Shown in pieces: positions 38,084 through 49,429 of a stretch of 64,000 nucleotides of DNA; position 1 is the stretch's first letter, and every line of letters starts with the position of its first letter. The notes beneath the pieces were generated by a model. The model was given only the letters and a program-made list of their open reading frames with translations, searched no databases and was not told where the DNA came from. The DNA is taken from the NCBI GenBank assembly GCA_973895155.1, contig OZ316898.1, forward strand, positions 19,107,292-19,171,291. Reading direction: 5' to 3'. This DNA is from Marsupella aquatica. Its lineage: Eukaryota > Plantae > Marchantiophyta. Made by a program: the position numbers and the translations under genes.

Positions 38084-41000
38084 TGTAGTGCGTCCCATGG
38101 CTCCCTAAACCCAAGAAACCCCCCAGCTCAAGCCGATTCCCGCAGGTTTCACGCTTGGCGAGGCTATTTCCGCGGCTTAGCGGCATGGGACGCTGCTAAC
38201 CTTCTACTACTACTGTTAACATTTTACACACATATACTGGACAGATCCTTCATCGGGTCATGAGATACGTAGCCGGCCTAATCTAGGCCTTTCCCTGTCT
38301 TCCCCTCCGTCTTGTTAGGTATGTTTGGATTCCGCCGCCGGAATGATCCCCAATAGGCTTGGTTAAGCCGCTAAGACCTCTCTCAGCTCGACACATCCAA
38401 CTCTCACTCCCCTGCTTACTTTCCTTCCTTTTGGTTGATGTGGGCACTCTTCACACAAGTTAATGCGACACACAAATAGCAAAATGACTCATTCTGACTG
38501 AGTCATACCATGCACTTGCCATACAAACAGTACATCTCATACACAAGCTCTGCGAACTAAGCCGTGAGGCCAACTCTATTCAGCTCTTAGGCATGAGGAA
38601 ACATGAATATACACAAGGGTCACTGTATGACTAACCGAGAGCTTCTCGTACTACTTGATCCCAGCCCGGCTGGTGCAAACTAAAAACTTGCTAAAGAAGA
38701 GGCTCTGAGCTCCCTGCTGCCCAGGTACTTATCCTGATAGTGGATCCGCCATTCTTTGCATCGTAAGCCTAATCTACCTAACAGTAATCTACTTGCCCGA
38801 ATCTACCTATGTACAGCAAGGCATGAGCACAAGTGTTGCTCCTACCAGTGGAACCGCAATCCCACTAAGCTAAGTGTCAGGGCCGCTCCTGGTCCTGATC
38901 CTAATCCTAAACTTGGAGATCAGTGCCCGCCCTGCCCACTCACGCCTCCTCCCTCCACGTCCGCCCTCCCTAAAAGGAACGGCGCCCTTGCACCGTCATG
39001 ACACCGGTGGAGGATCCTTAATGGACGCCCCCAACGCTTCCTCCTTAGCCACTGCCGTAGGTTCATTCTCTGACAGATTACCTGCCCTTGACTGAGTCAA
39101 CTCTCCATCGGCCTGACTGGGTCCACCATCGGCGTCGGCATCGGCTCGGGAATCGGTTACGGCCTCAGCCTCGGCTACAGTCTCCCCGGCCTGCTCAAGA
39201 GGCGGATCTGGAATACCGGCCTCATTACTGAGTAGTTCGGCTTGGGCCGCACCACCCCCACCTGTGATGATAGCGGGATCTATTGCCGTATTCATGCCGG
39301 AGGATGGTGCTGGTTCTACCTCCTTGGTCACCACGGCTTGTGGAGTCGGATTACTCCTTGACCCTGAAGGTTTCCGCTTTTTCTTCTTTTCTGGTTTGGC
39401 AGTTGGTCCCTTCCCCTTCCCACTTACTTCCGGCACTGGTGCAGGTGGCGCGGCTTTTTCTTCGGCCAGTACCACTCCTGGTAACTTGGTTGCCCCAATT
39501 GGAGTTGGGCCTGATGAAGACAAGCACTTAAATACTGGGGCTTGTTTCTTCAGCCGCTCCGTTTGGTTGTCGGCCCGCCGCTGGAGGTTCTCCATCTTCC
39601 TCATGATTTCCTCCAACTCCTCATGGGTCTCATCCAGGTCCTTGCGTGCCTCCTCTAGTTCCTTCTGGGCTTCCTCCCGTTCTTGTTTCAAGGTAGTCCT
39701 CTCCTCCTGGGTTGCTCTTAGCTCCTTGTCGAGCTCTGCAATGATGACAGACTCCATCTGGTTCATCTTGGCGTAAGTCTGTTCGAGCATCTCGTCCTTC
39801 TCCCTTAGGTCGGCCTTGAAGCTGGCCGTCAGGGACGCAAGCTCCTGCTGCAGCGCCATAATCCCTTGATAGGATTTCCCTAACTCGGCCTCCTTCTGCT
39901 CAAGGGCTCCGCGGATTTTCTCGAGCTCCCCCTTCAACGCCCATTCCTTTCTTTGGGTCTCCGCCATGGCCCGGCTGTTGGCTGTTATGTGGGCCTCCTC
40001 TGTTTTCTTCAGCTCTTGCTTCCACTTCTCCCTCTCTTTGATCGTGTCGGCCAACTCTCCCTGCGTCTGAGTCAGTTTATCCTTGATATTCTGATTATCA
40101 GCCTGCGCGGTGTCCAACTGCCCCTGCATGATGTTCAGCTCATGCCGTTTAATCCGCAGTTCATCTTGGGCTTTCTTGGCCGCCCTTAGATCTTCAATCT
40201 CGGCTTCCATCCTCCTAAGCCGCCGAATGACCTCGTCCTTCTTGCTTCTCTCTAAAGCCACCGCTTCTTCTAATTGGTGCTTCTCCAACTGCTCCCTATG
40301 GAAAAAGGGTCCTACCTCCAACTCCTCTCCAAAGATGCCGAGCGCAAGTTCCTCACCATACTCCATGGCTCTATTCTTAGCGTAGGTGGAGTAAGTAGAA
40401 GTGATCGGCATCGCCCATTGCGGCCTCTACTCCCAAGCCGACTTGCGGATCTCTTCAATCGTGGCTAGAGGTTTGCTTCCTTTTTTGGCTAGCCGCCTGA
40501 TGTCCTCCGGCCAATCTCCTCCTGGTAAATCCTTTTCCCTAGCCAGGGCTGCCTCCTCTTCCTGCCTGATTCGCTCCTGAAATTCTTGCACCGTCTGTTT
40601 TATGCCGTCAAAGCTCGGGGGAGCAACATCTGGTGGGGGAGACTCAGGGCTACTCTGCTGGTTGGGGTCCCCTCGCACTACCCTTGGAAGTGTGGGGACA
40701 AACCGGCCACAGGTCCTTACTCCTGGAACGTGATGGTCCGACCCATAGCCGGAATTATCATGGCTGCAGTCCTCCACTGCCTCCTCTACTTCTTGGACAT
40801 CCGGCTTCTCCCTCTCCTCTTCGTCGGTAGGAGCTTCAGGCAATTCTGCCTCAGATTCGGAGCTTGAGATTCCCACATACATTCGAACACCTGGCTTGGA
40901 TTCCGGCCTGATTCTCTCCTTGTCTCCAGCAAAGGGGTTTTCTCTTGTGAGCCGGTGTAGGCCTACCTCTGTAGTAGTGTCCTGCATTGTTGCCGTTGCC

Positions 41001-42737
41001 GTTGTTGTTGCCGATGCCGATTTCTTTTCTTTCTCCAGTAGTTTCAGCAGACTCTGCATGCCTGGTTGCTGCATCGGCAAGTCCTCCTTCCTGGGCCTAA
41101 ACACCTGCTCGATCGTAGGGCTAACAGGTGGTTGAGGCTTCTCAGCCAACGGCCTCGGCGTTGGAGCTTCCTCGGGTGCCCTTACCTGCAAGGGAAGTAC
41201 TGGGGCAAAAGTCTGACCTCTGGCATACCGGCATAACAGCGGCATGTGATAGCCAAGCCGCGACACGCTCCCCATGCCGATTACCTGCTGCTCCTCCTTT
41301 AAGATCTTCTTCAATTGGTTGAGGAGGTACCCGTTGTAGTCCCAGCTTGGGTCTGGCCTTTCTGCCAGATAGACCTGTGCCTTGCCAATCTCTGCCCTCG
41401 GCAAGTTACAATGCATGGTCACCCGCAAGAAGTCGATCATCTCTCCTATGTGCGGGTTGGTGCAGGTGTTCTGGAAGAAGCCATTCTTCGTTGATGGCCC
41501 GGGGAACGACCGGAACTCCTTGTCAGGCAAGGTCTTCCTGGTATCAACTTTGGTCTTATTGCCTATCGGCAAGCCAAACACTTCGGCAATTACCTTGGGA
41601 GTAAGATAGAAATCCTTCCCATATATCCTCGTGCAATTGGTCTCGGGTTCCCATGACCCCACGAATTCTAATAGGTCTGACTCCGGTACCTCCGGCTTCA
41701 GCCATGGTAATCTTACAAAGGCCTCTAAGCCGGATCCGGCCATGAAGCCTTGATACTTCTTGGTCTGCATTGCCGTAAAGCATGCATCCTCCTCCCGTGC
41801 AAAATGTAGTTGCACTTCCACCGGTAGGGTTGCCGCCCAGCCCTTCCAGGTGTCATCCCTGGTTGGAATGGCCTTGATGGGATCGACCTCCTCCTCTTCG
41901 GCTTCTCCCTGCCTCCTGCTCTGTTGCTCGGCTGGCTTCTTTGGTGCCGCCGACCTCGTTCTTTTTGCCGGGGTGGCTTCATCGTTGACGGCTCCCTTCC
42001 TCTTCATCTCTGCTGCCGTGGAGGTTTCTCCTAGCACCGTTGCCTGGGTCCACCTTTCCGTGCTACCCTTTAATTCCCAGTGTATGTCGTTGCAGTTCTT
42101 GATGGCCTCTCGGATGCCGACGACGTTGTCTTTGCAAAACAGAAGATCGTCGAGTTGATTGGAGGTAGGCGTCCACAGGAACTCGTCCTTGATGAGTTCG
42201 CCTCCTAAGAAAGCCGTCTTCTGTAGCTCCCACAATCGAGCGAGCTCCTGCCGTTCTCGAGCTGCCCTTTCTAATTCCTTGTCCTCGTAAGTCTTGATGT
42301 ACTCAGTTGCCCGTTCGATCAGGCATCCCCAGAAATGTGCCGCTTGATTGACGTTGCTCATACCCTCCTTAGGTCGATCGTCGGTATCTACTCTCCCCCC
42401 GAGTGCTTGCCTAAGCAGCTGACAGTAGTTGGCCTCCTGTAGTCGTCTGCCTAGTTCGTGCTCGCAAATGAGCCACCATCTCCTGCAAGCGCTCCTTACC
42501 CCTCTCCTCTGCCGGTCCTTCTTCCCGTTGATCCTTCCTAGCCGCCGACTCTTAACGCGCCCTAACCCTAATCAAGTTTTCACCCTCAGCGTCCTTACCT
42601 CCGGCCTCGGCCCGGGTTCCATGGTTGCCCATAATTGTTTATATTTTCCTTGTTTTGTCCCTATACTAAGGTGTTCCTAGGGTGCCTTCCTGCTTTACCC
42701 ACTTAACTGGCCGAGTGATTCCTGTCTAGGCATCACA
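38084..42737 (-). repeat. 5' LTR, 4654 bp
   Basis: Starts TGTGATGC, ends GCACTACA, followed by the PBS. Both ends match the TSD-flanked solo LTR at 44361-45816. Confidence 0.9.
38996..42361 (-). pseudogene. LTR-encoded accessory protein (~1121 codons with one internal stop; may start at 42622): plant-transposon-protein-like domain plus long coiled coil
   Basis: ORFs 42361-40427 and 40411-38996 are in one frame, split by a TAG that reads CAG in the other LTR. Motif LLEFVGSW...IYGKDFYLTPKVIAEVFGLP resembles the Athila ORF2/Transposase_32-type domain. Followed by ~250 aa of E/K/Q-rich heptads and a KKKKRK basic patch. Confidence 0.85.
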
Positions 42738-42849
42738 GGTAGGCCTAAGCAGTGAATAGGTTTTAGGTGTGTGAAGTCCATAGATGGACTACATGTATGG
42801 ACTATATATGAAATCAGACTAATGTTTTGCCCATTTGTGCAGTTGGTGA

Positions 42850-45800
42850 ATGCAGCCTGTGAAAGGAAGATTGCAGGGGTTGTCACATCCTGTGAATGCT
42901 TATGAGGAGGCCCGAAAGCGGAACATAGAGCATAATGTCAGCATTATGCGTGATCTAGGACTGGGGCCAGACTGCATGCTGATGTGTGTGTTAAAATGTC
43001 TATTGCAAATTTGATTTAGTAGATATATGGAGTTGTCAGGTTCATGTTCTGTTTTCATATTCCAGATTGGTCTCATACTAGTATGGAACCTGTACATAAG
43101 TACCATTATTACTGTGTTGTAGATTCTGCTTGCATGTATGTTTGATCTGCATTGGTGTATGTTGATGATTGCTTTGTTCCTTAGAGGCCCAACCACACAT
43201 GTACAACGACAGAGAGAAAAGCCTGCATTGGTGAAAGGTACTTCAACTGGAACATTGCCAAAGAGGAGGAGCTCTAGACTATCACAAGTTACCAAGGTGA
43301 ACATGGCAGAGTCTGGTGATGATGGCTATGCCAGTGCTGGGTATGACACTAAGGATTCTGACATTGGAGGGTCAGAACCTGAGAGTGAACAACAGGTAAT
43401 GCTTGAACTTCATCATCCTAAACCCTAAATCCTTGTCCTTGTTTCAAAGTATTTGTTAATATGCCTACGTTGTCCATGATGTAGGTACAGAAACAAAATC
43501 GTGGTCCTAAGAAGACTGGGCCTAGTGGAGGTGGGCTGGTGAGATGTTGGAAAGACCCAGACACTGGACTGTTATATGAAAGTGAGTGGATTGTACTGAT
43601 ATACCTTTTCAGTGTGTTTGGAAATTGATATTTTACATTTTCCTCAAATTCACTGAAGTGCTTGGTGGTGTGTGTTTGTTTAGTGGTTCCATCAGCATCT
43701 GAAGGCAGATCAGGTCAATCTGACGTACTACATTCCAAAGGATCTTCAGGTAATACAAATCTGCTCGTCATGCATATGCAAGTGCATTTGCTCAACTTTT
43801 CAATGTACATATTTTCTGAGTGAAAGCATGTGTGTGCATTGCAGGCGGGGCCTCTGAGATGCGCAGGGAACGAAGGCATGCTAAGAAGATGTTTGATAAT
43901 GCTGCCAAAGTACGAAGGAATCAGGGAGATTTGCCCAAACACATTAAAGTGAGTATTGTACTTTTTTTGAATGTAGATTTAGACATAGATCCTCTCTGTT
44001 ATTGTGTGTATAAAACCTAGACTATGCATAAATTCCAGAGTTATGAATTGACATTGCATGTGAAATGCAGATTTATGACAATGATATTGATGATTCTGAT
44101 CCCAACAAACAGTACTGGTTGGAGGAACTTCGTGGCAATGTACTCAGAATCTTTGATGTATCAAAGCCAAAATGGACTGATCATCCACGAGTTCATATAA
44201 CCAGTGTGTGGAAGAACATGGCAGCTGAGTGGGAGTATGTGGGTGGGGAATTTATTGACAACAAATTCCGGAGTCATTGTCGTGGCATATTGAAGAGAGA
44301 GCGCCATAAAATGCATGTTTACTGGAAGAAAGTTTGCAATGAGGATCCAACCAAACCTGGTGTGATGCCTAGACAGGAATCACTCGGCCAGTTAAGTGGG
44401 TAAAGCAGGAAGGCACCCTAGGAACACCTTAGTATAGGGACAAAACAAGGAAAATATAAACCATTGGGGCAACCAAGTTACCAGGAGTGGTACTGGCCGA
44501 AGAAAAAGCCGCGCCACCTGCACCAGTGCCGGAAGTAAGTGGGAAGGGGAAGGGACCAGCTGCCGAACCAGAAAAGAAGAAAAAGCGGAAACCTTCAGGG
44601 TCAAGGAGTAATCCGACTCCACAAGCCGTGGTGACCAAGGAGGTAGAACCAGCACCATCCTCCGGCATGAATACGGCAATAGATCCCGCTATCATCACAG
44701 GTGGGGGTGGTGCGGCCCAAGCCGAACTACTCAGTAATGAGGCCGGTATTCCAGATCCGCCTCTTGAGCAGGCCGGGGAGACCATAGCCGAGGCTGAGGC
44801 CGTAACCAATTCTCGAGCCGATGCCGACGCCGATGGTGGACCCAGTCAGGCCGATGGAGAGTTGACTCAGTCAAGGGCAGGTAATCTGTCAGAGAATGAA
44901 CCTACGGTAGTGGCTGAGGAGGAAGCGTTGGGGGCGTCCATTAAGGATCCTCCACCGGTGTCGTGACGGTGCAAGGGCGCCGTTCCTTTTAGGGAGGGCG
45001 GACGTGGAGGGAGGAGGCATGAGTGGGCAGGGCGGGCGCTGATCTCCAAGTTTAGGATCAGGACCAGGCTCCTGCCTTGCTGTACATAGGTAGATTCGGG
45101 CAAGTAGATTACTGTTAGGTAGATTAGGCTTACGATGCAAAGAATGGCGGATCCACTACCAGGATAAGTACCTGGGCAGCGGGGAGCTCAGGGCCTGGCT
45201 CTTCTTTAGCAAGTTTTTAGTTTGCACCAGCCGGGCTGGGATCAAGTAGTACGAGAAGCTCTCGGTTAGTCATACAGTGACCCTTGTGTATATTCATGTT
45301 TCCTCATGCCTAAGAGCTGAATAGAGTTGGCCTCACGGCTTAGTTCGCAGAGCTTGTGTATGAGATGTACTGTTTGTATGGCAAGTGCATGGTATGACTC
45401 AGTCAGAATGAGTCATTTTGCTATTTGTGTGTCGCATTAACTTGTGTGAAGAGTGCCCACATCAACCAAAAGGAAGGAAAGTAAGCAGGGGAGTGAGAGT
45501 TGGATGTGTCGAGCTGAGAGAGGTCTTAGCGGCTTAACCAAGCCTATTGGGGATCATTCCGACGGCGGAATCCAAACATACCTAACAAGACGGAGGGGAA
45601 GACAAGGGAAGGCCTAGATTAGGCCGGCTACGTATCTCATGACCCAATGAAGGATCTGTCCAGTATATGTGTGTAAAATGTTAACAATAGTAGTAGAAGG
45701 TTAGCAGCGTCCCATGCCGCTAAGCCGCGGAAACGGCCTCGCCAAGCGTGAAACTTGCGGGAATCGGCTTGAGCTGGGGGGTTTCTTGGGTTTAGGGAGC

Positions 45801-47470
45801 CATGGGACGCACCACACCTGGGCCATCTGGTGTTGATCCAAAGAAATGGGCAGCTTTGGTATCTCATTTCACCAGTCCAGCATTGATATCTTTGAGTAAA
45901 CAGATGACTGATAAAAGAGCACGAGTGCAAGATACCAGTCACTTTGGTAGAGGAGGGCATGCTGCAGCAGCAAAGAGAATGGTAAACTGTCTATATCATT
46001 TTCACTATCAATTATGTCTTGTTTGTGAATCTTGATGAAAATAGACTCTGAGTTTCTCATTCATTGTGTGTTTGAACAGAAGCAGAAGAGAGGATCAAGC
46101 CCAGGTATATCTGACCTGAAAGAAAACCTTGGTAGTCAGGGCTCATTGCCAAAGGTGACAATGAGCCCATCATTGGCAAGTGCAGAAGGTCAGACTGGTA
46201 GTTTTTTGGGAGCAAAGGTGAGCCCGTCATTGGCAAGTGGGGAGGGTAAAAGCGCTAGCTTACTGGGGCAAGGATACAGACATGGATCAGCTGTGAGTAT
46301 TGCCATTCCAATCTGATTTGTACATCATTTTCCATTTGATAGAGTGTTGTGTCGTTTGTTAGTTTGACAATGAGAATGTTGTGTTGGTTTGTGGTTCATT
46401 TACAGACCCCACATTCAAAAGAAGAGATCACTGCCATTGGGGCTGTCAAATTGGATGTCGATGAGTTGAAAGGCACTGTGAAGGAGTTGACAAACATGAT
46501 GACTATATGGATGGCACATCACTCCAGTAATGCACAAGTTCCAACATTTGTTCCTAGTCACAGTAAGTTGACTACAGCTACCAAAGAAGGTAGTAGAAAA
46601 CGATCTCTTACTTTTTCAGGTGATAATGGAGGTAAAATTCTCTATCATCTATTCATTGTCAATTCAATGTAATTATTGTGGTGTATATATGTCATTGTAT
46701 GTTTATAATGTTCTTGCATGTTCTAGTGTGATTATATGTTGCTGGTGTATACATGTTTGTTTATGCATTTCTCTTGTATGTGTTTTATGACAGCATCTTT
46801 AGGGGAGCCTCCTGTGTCGCAGGGAAGACCAACTGACACAGCTAACAGTGCTCTGAAGCAAACTGAATTGGAAGTGAACCTTTTGCCATCTAAGTTGCCC
46901 AAAGAAGCCATTTCAGATGCCTTTCAGTTACCAGAGGATAAGTCAACTCAGTTGACACCAGATGTAACCCCATAATCATCTGAGTTGCCAAAAGAAACTC
47001 CTGTTCCAAGTGAGCATGATGACACTCCATCAACTAGAAAGGGAAAGAAGAAAAGGAAGAAAGGATCTTCAGCAAATGCATCACCTGCACAGAAGAAACC
47101 AATGCAGTCTCCTAACCCCATTGCAAAGGTAAATGTGTGTTTGATTTGAGTGTTCTTCTATCTTTCAATTTCTGTTTATTGCATTTTTAACAAAATGTGT
47201 TGTTCACAGTTTGCAAGAGGAGATTTGGTGAAGATGAAGAGCGTTGTGGACAATTCCATGATAGTGGCAGAAGGTGAGGTGACAGGGCTGCCAGGAGAAG
47301 ATAAGTTTCATTGTGCAGATTTTGAAAGCCCTTTCTTGCGAGTGCGTGTGATTGAAGTGTTTGTAGATGTGGCATTGCCATTTGCCAATGCAGGGGAGAA
47401 ACAGTCTAAATTATCTGATGTGAAAGGGATGAATGCCCTATGGAACTCTAGATTGCTTAAGAAGCAATAG
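42850..47470 (+). pseudogene. CACTA-1 TnpA-like multi-exon gene, disrupted by a solo LTR
   Basis: Coding pieces NAYEEARKRNIEHN, RRSSRLS, KRERHKMHVYWKK...PGPSGVDPKKWAALVSHF...SHFGRGGH (Ptta/En/Spm-type) and terminal VAEGEVTGLPGEDKFHC...RVRVIEVFVDVALPF (Tnp1/En/Spm-type). Removing the LTR restores KPGPSG. The start is approximate. Confidence 0.78.
44361..45816 (+). mobile_element. Solo LTR (1456 bp, internally deleted) of the same gypsy family
   Basis: TGTGATGC...GCACCACA with perfect TSD CCTGG (44356-44360 and 45817-45821). Reverse complement of 42737-~42630 joined to ~39495-38084. Confidence 0.96.
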
Positions 47471-49429
47471 AAATAGCACTCTGTCAAGAAACACTAGACA
47501 TGATAGAATCAGCTCTATTTTTCTATAAAACATGCAGAGTGATTGGTATGTCAGGTTGTAACAATTGACAATCTAATATTATTGATGCCAATGTAATTTT
47601 GTTTCATAAATTTGCATTGAGTTCAATAGTTACTGTGAGACTTATGAAGGTATCTTGTATGAATGTCAATTGGATTTGTGATATATATGGAATATTTCTT
47701 TAAGTTTTCATTCAGCAAATCCATTGAATGGCTTTGTAATGTATGATTTTTGAATGACATGAAGTTTTATTTATCATGATCACTTAAATTTGAATTTCTC
47801 CAAATCATTGAATATTTCACCTAAATGACTGGCTAGAATGACTGATGTAATGGTCATTATCCACTACTATCTTTGTGACCAATATGATTCAACTCTGGTC
47901 ATTAAAGACATAGACTAAATGATTCAAAGAATGACATATACAATGACCGCTCTCATGGTCATTATAAACAAGTCCACTATGACTCATTTTATGTCATTCA
48001 AGACATGTCATTAATGACTAATGTGTATCTTTATGTGTCTCCTCCTAATTGAACCACGTGTCTTAATATGACTTGTTTATATCGTAGTCATTTTGGACAC
48101 GTCCAAAATGACCCAAATATATTGCCAAATGGTGAATCCTCTTTGAACCATGTGTCACTATTTGATTTGTTATATAATGTACGTCATTTTGGACAAGTCC
48201 AAAATGACCAATGTTATTTGCTTTTTGATGGCCATGTGTCATTGTGTGATTGGGTACGGGGACCGTCGACGGTCAATGGCAATTGACCGTTGATGGTGAT
48301 TTGTGTCGTCATTTTGGACCGTTCAGCATTTATGACCATATCATAAAAACTGTCATTTAGGATAGTATGAAATGACCACATGTTTTTAGCGTCATTTGTC
48401 CAAAAGGACCGTGACCAAAATGTCCGTTGTGACGCGTCTGGAAAGACAAGAACGATTGCATCATTGTTTTGTTAAAAAGACCTGATTAATAGTCATTGTT
48501 TCCGTCATAAAATACATTGTTTTCTACTAGTGCACTAGTAGAAAATGGGGCCTTTTATGACTATGACACATATGACTTATGTGCTCAAATGACAAAATAT
48601 GTAAATGACATAACATAAATGACATTGAAATGACTGTCCAAAATGACGGGGTGCAAAAAATGACTAATACTTGCAATAGTGTCATTTAAACCAATGAGCC
48701 AAATGACTTTGACTGCTATAATGACAACAATCATGAGTTGTAGTCATTTTGGACAGTCTTTGTGAATGACACAATTAACAAAAACTCTGTCATATCAGTG
48801 TTTCACATATGGGAAGTCATTTCAGACGACGGTGACTAATGACTAATAAATCAAATATGCAAATATCAGTGTTTAAAAACGTTAGGAGTCATTTAAACCA
48901 AAAGTGATAAATGACATGATAAATAACATATGACTATTTTGAGGTTTATGGTTTAGTATATGTTTTAGGGTTTAGGGTATGATTAGTCATCCAAAATGTA
49001 TGGTAGTATATATAAAGACTAGTGGCACTCACATATTAGATTTGAAATACATTTAGAGACATAACAAGCCTTCTTTTGTTGTGAGTCTCATCATTAAATT
49101 GATGTACAACTTAAAGGCTTGATAATCTCTAATAAGTATGTACATTTAAAGATATACTTGCACCCATTCATTACATCTTTCCTATATATGCCAAGGACTC
49201 CTGAAGTGTTTACATTCCTTAAGTTGTATTCACATTTCACATGTTTGAGTATATATGGGGGCATGCAAGGTTGCCAAATAACACTCTCGGGCATAGGTCT
49301 AGGGTTTAAGGTTTAGAATTTAGGTACTACATGCCTACATTTGCTCATGTTATTTTTTTCAATATATTATTCATGTTATTTGCAAAGGATTCCCAATCAT
49401 TTTTGCTCTCACTCAACTTTCTAGTCATT

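Larger units (their letters stand above)
30541..42737 (-). mobile_element. Ty3/gypsy LTR retrotransposon (non-chromovirus, Athila/Tat-like), degraded, integrase deleted
   Basis: 5' LTR 42737-38084 (TG...CA), PBS, gag-protease-RT-partial RNase H, then a deleted 3' LTR at ~33468-30541. Flanks ATCCC and GGTAG do not match. Confidence 0.92.
24457..48532 (+). mobile_element. CACTA (En/Spm) transposon 1, non-autonomous, with nested retroelements
   Basis: TIRs CACTAGAAGAAAAC (24457) and GTTTTCTACTAGTG (ends 48532). Dense ATGAC/GTCAT subterminal motifs at both ends. Contains a TnpA-like gene but no TnpD. Confidence 0.9.

Noticed and set aside
30812-42158. Plus-strand ORFs over the retrotransposon
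   Set aside because: Antisense shadows of gag, pol and the LTR ORF, with no independent coding signal.
38996-42361. Calling the LTR ORF an envelope (env) gene
   Set aside because: No signal peptide or hydrophobic transmembrane segment is visible. The protein is charged and coiled-coil with a basic NLS-like patch.
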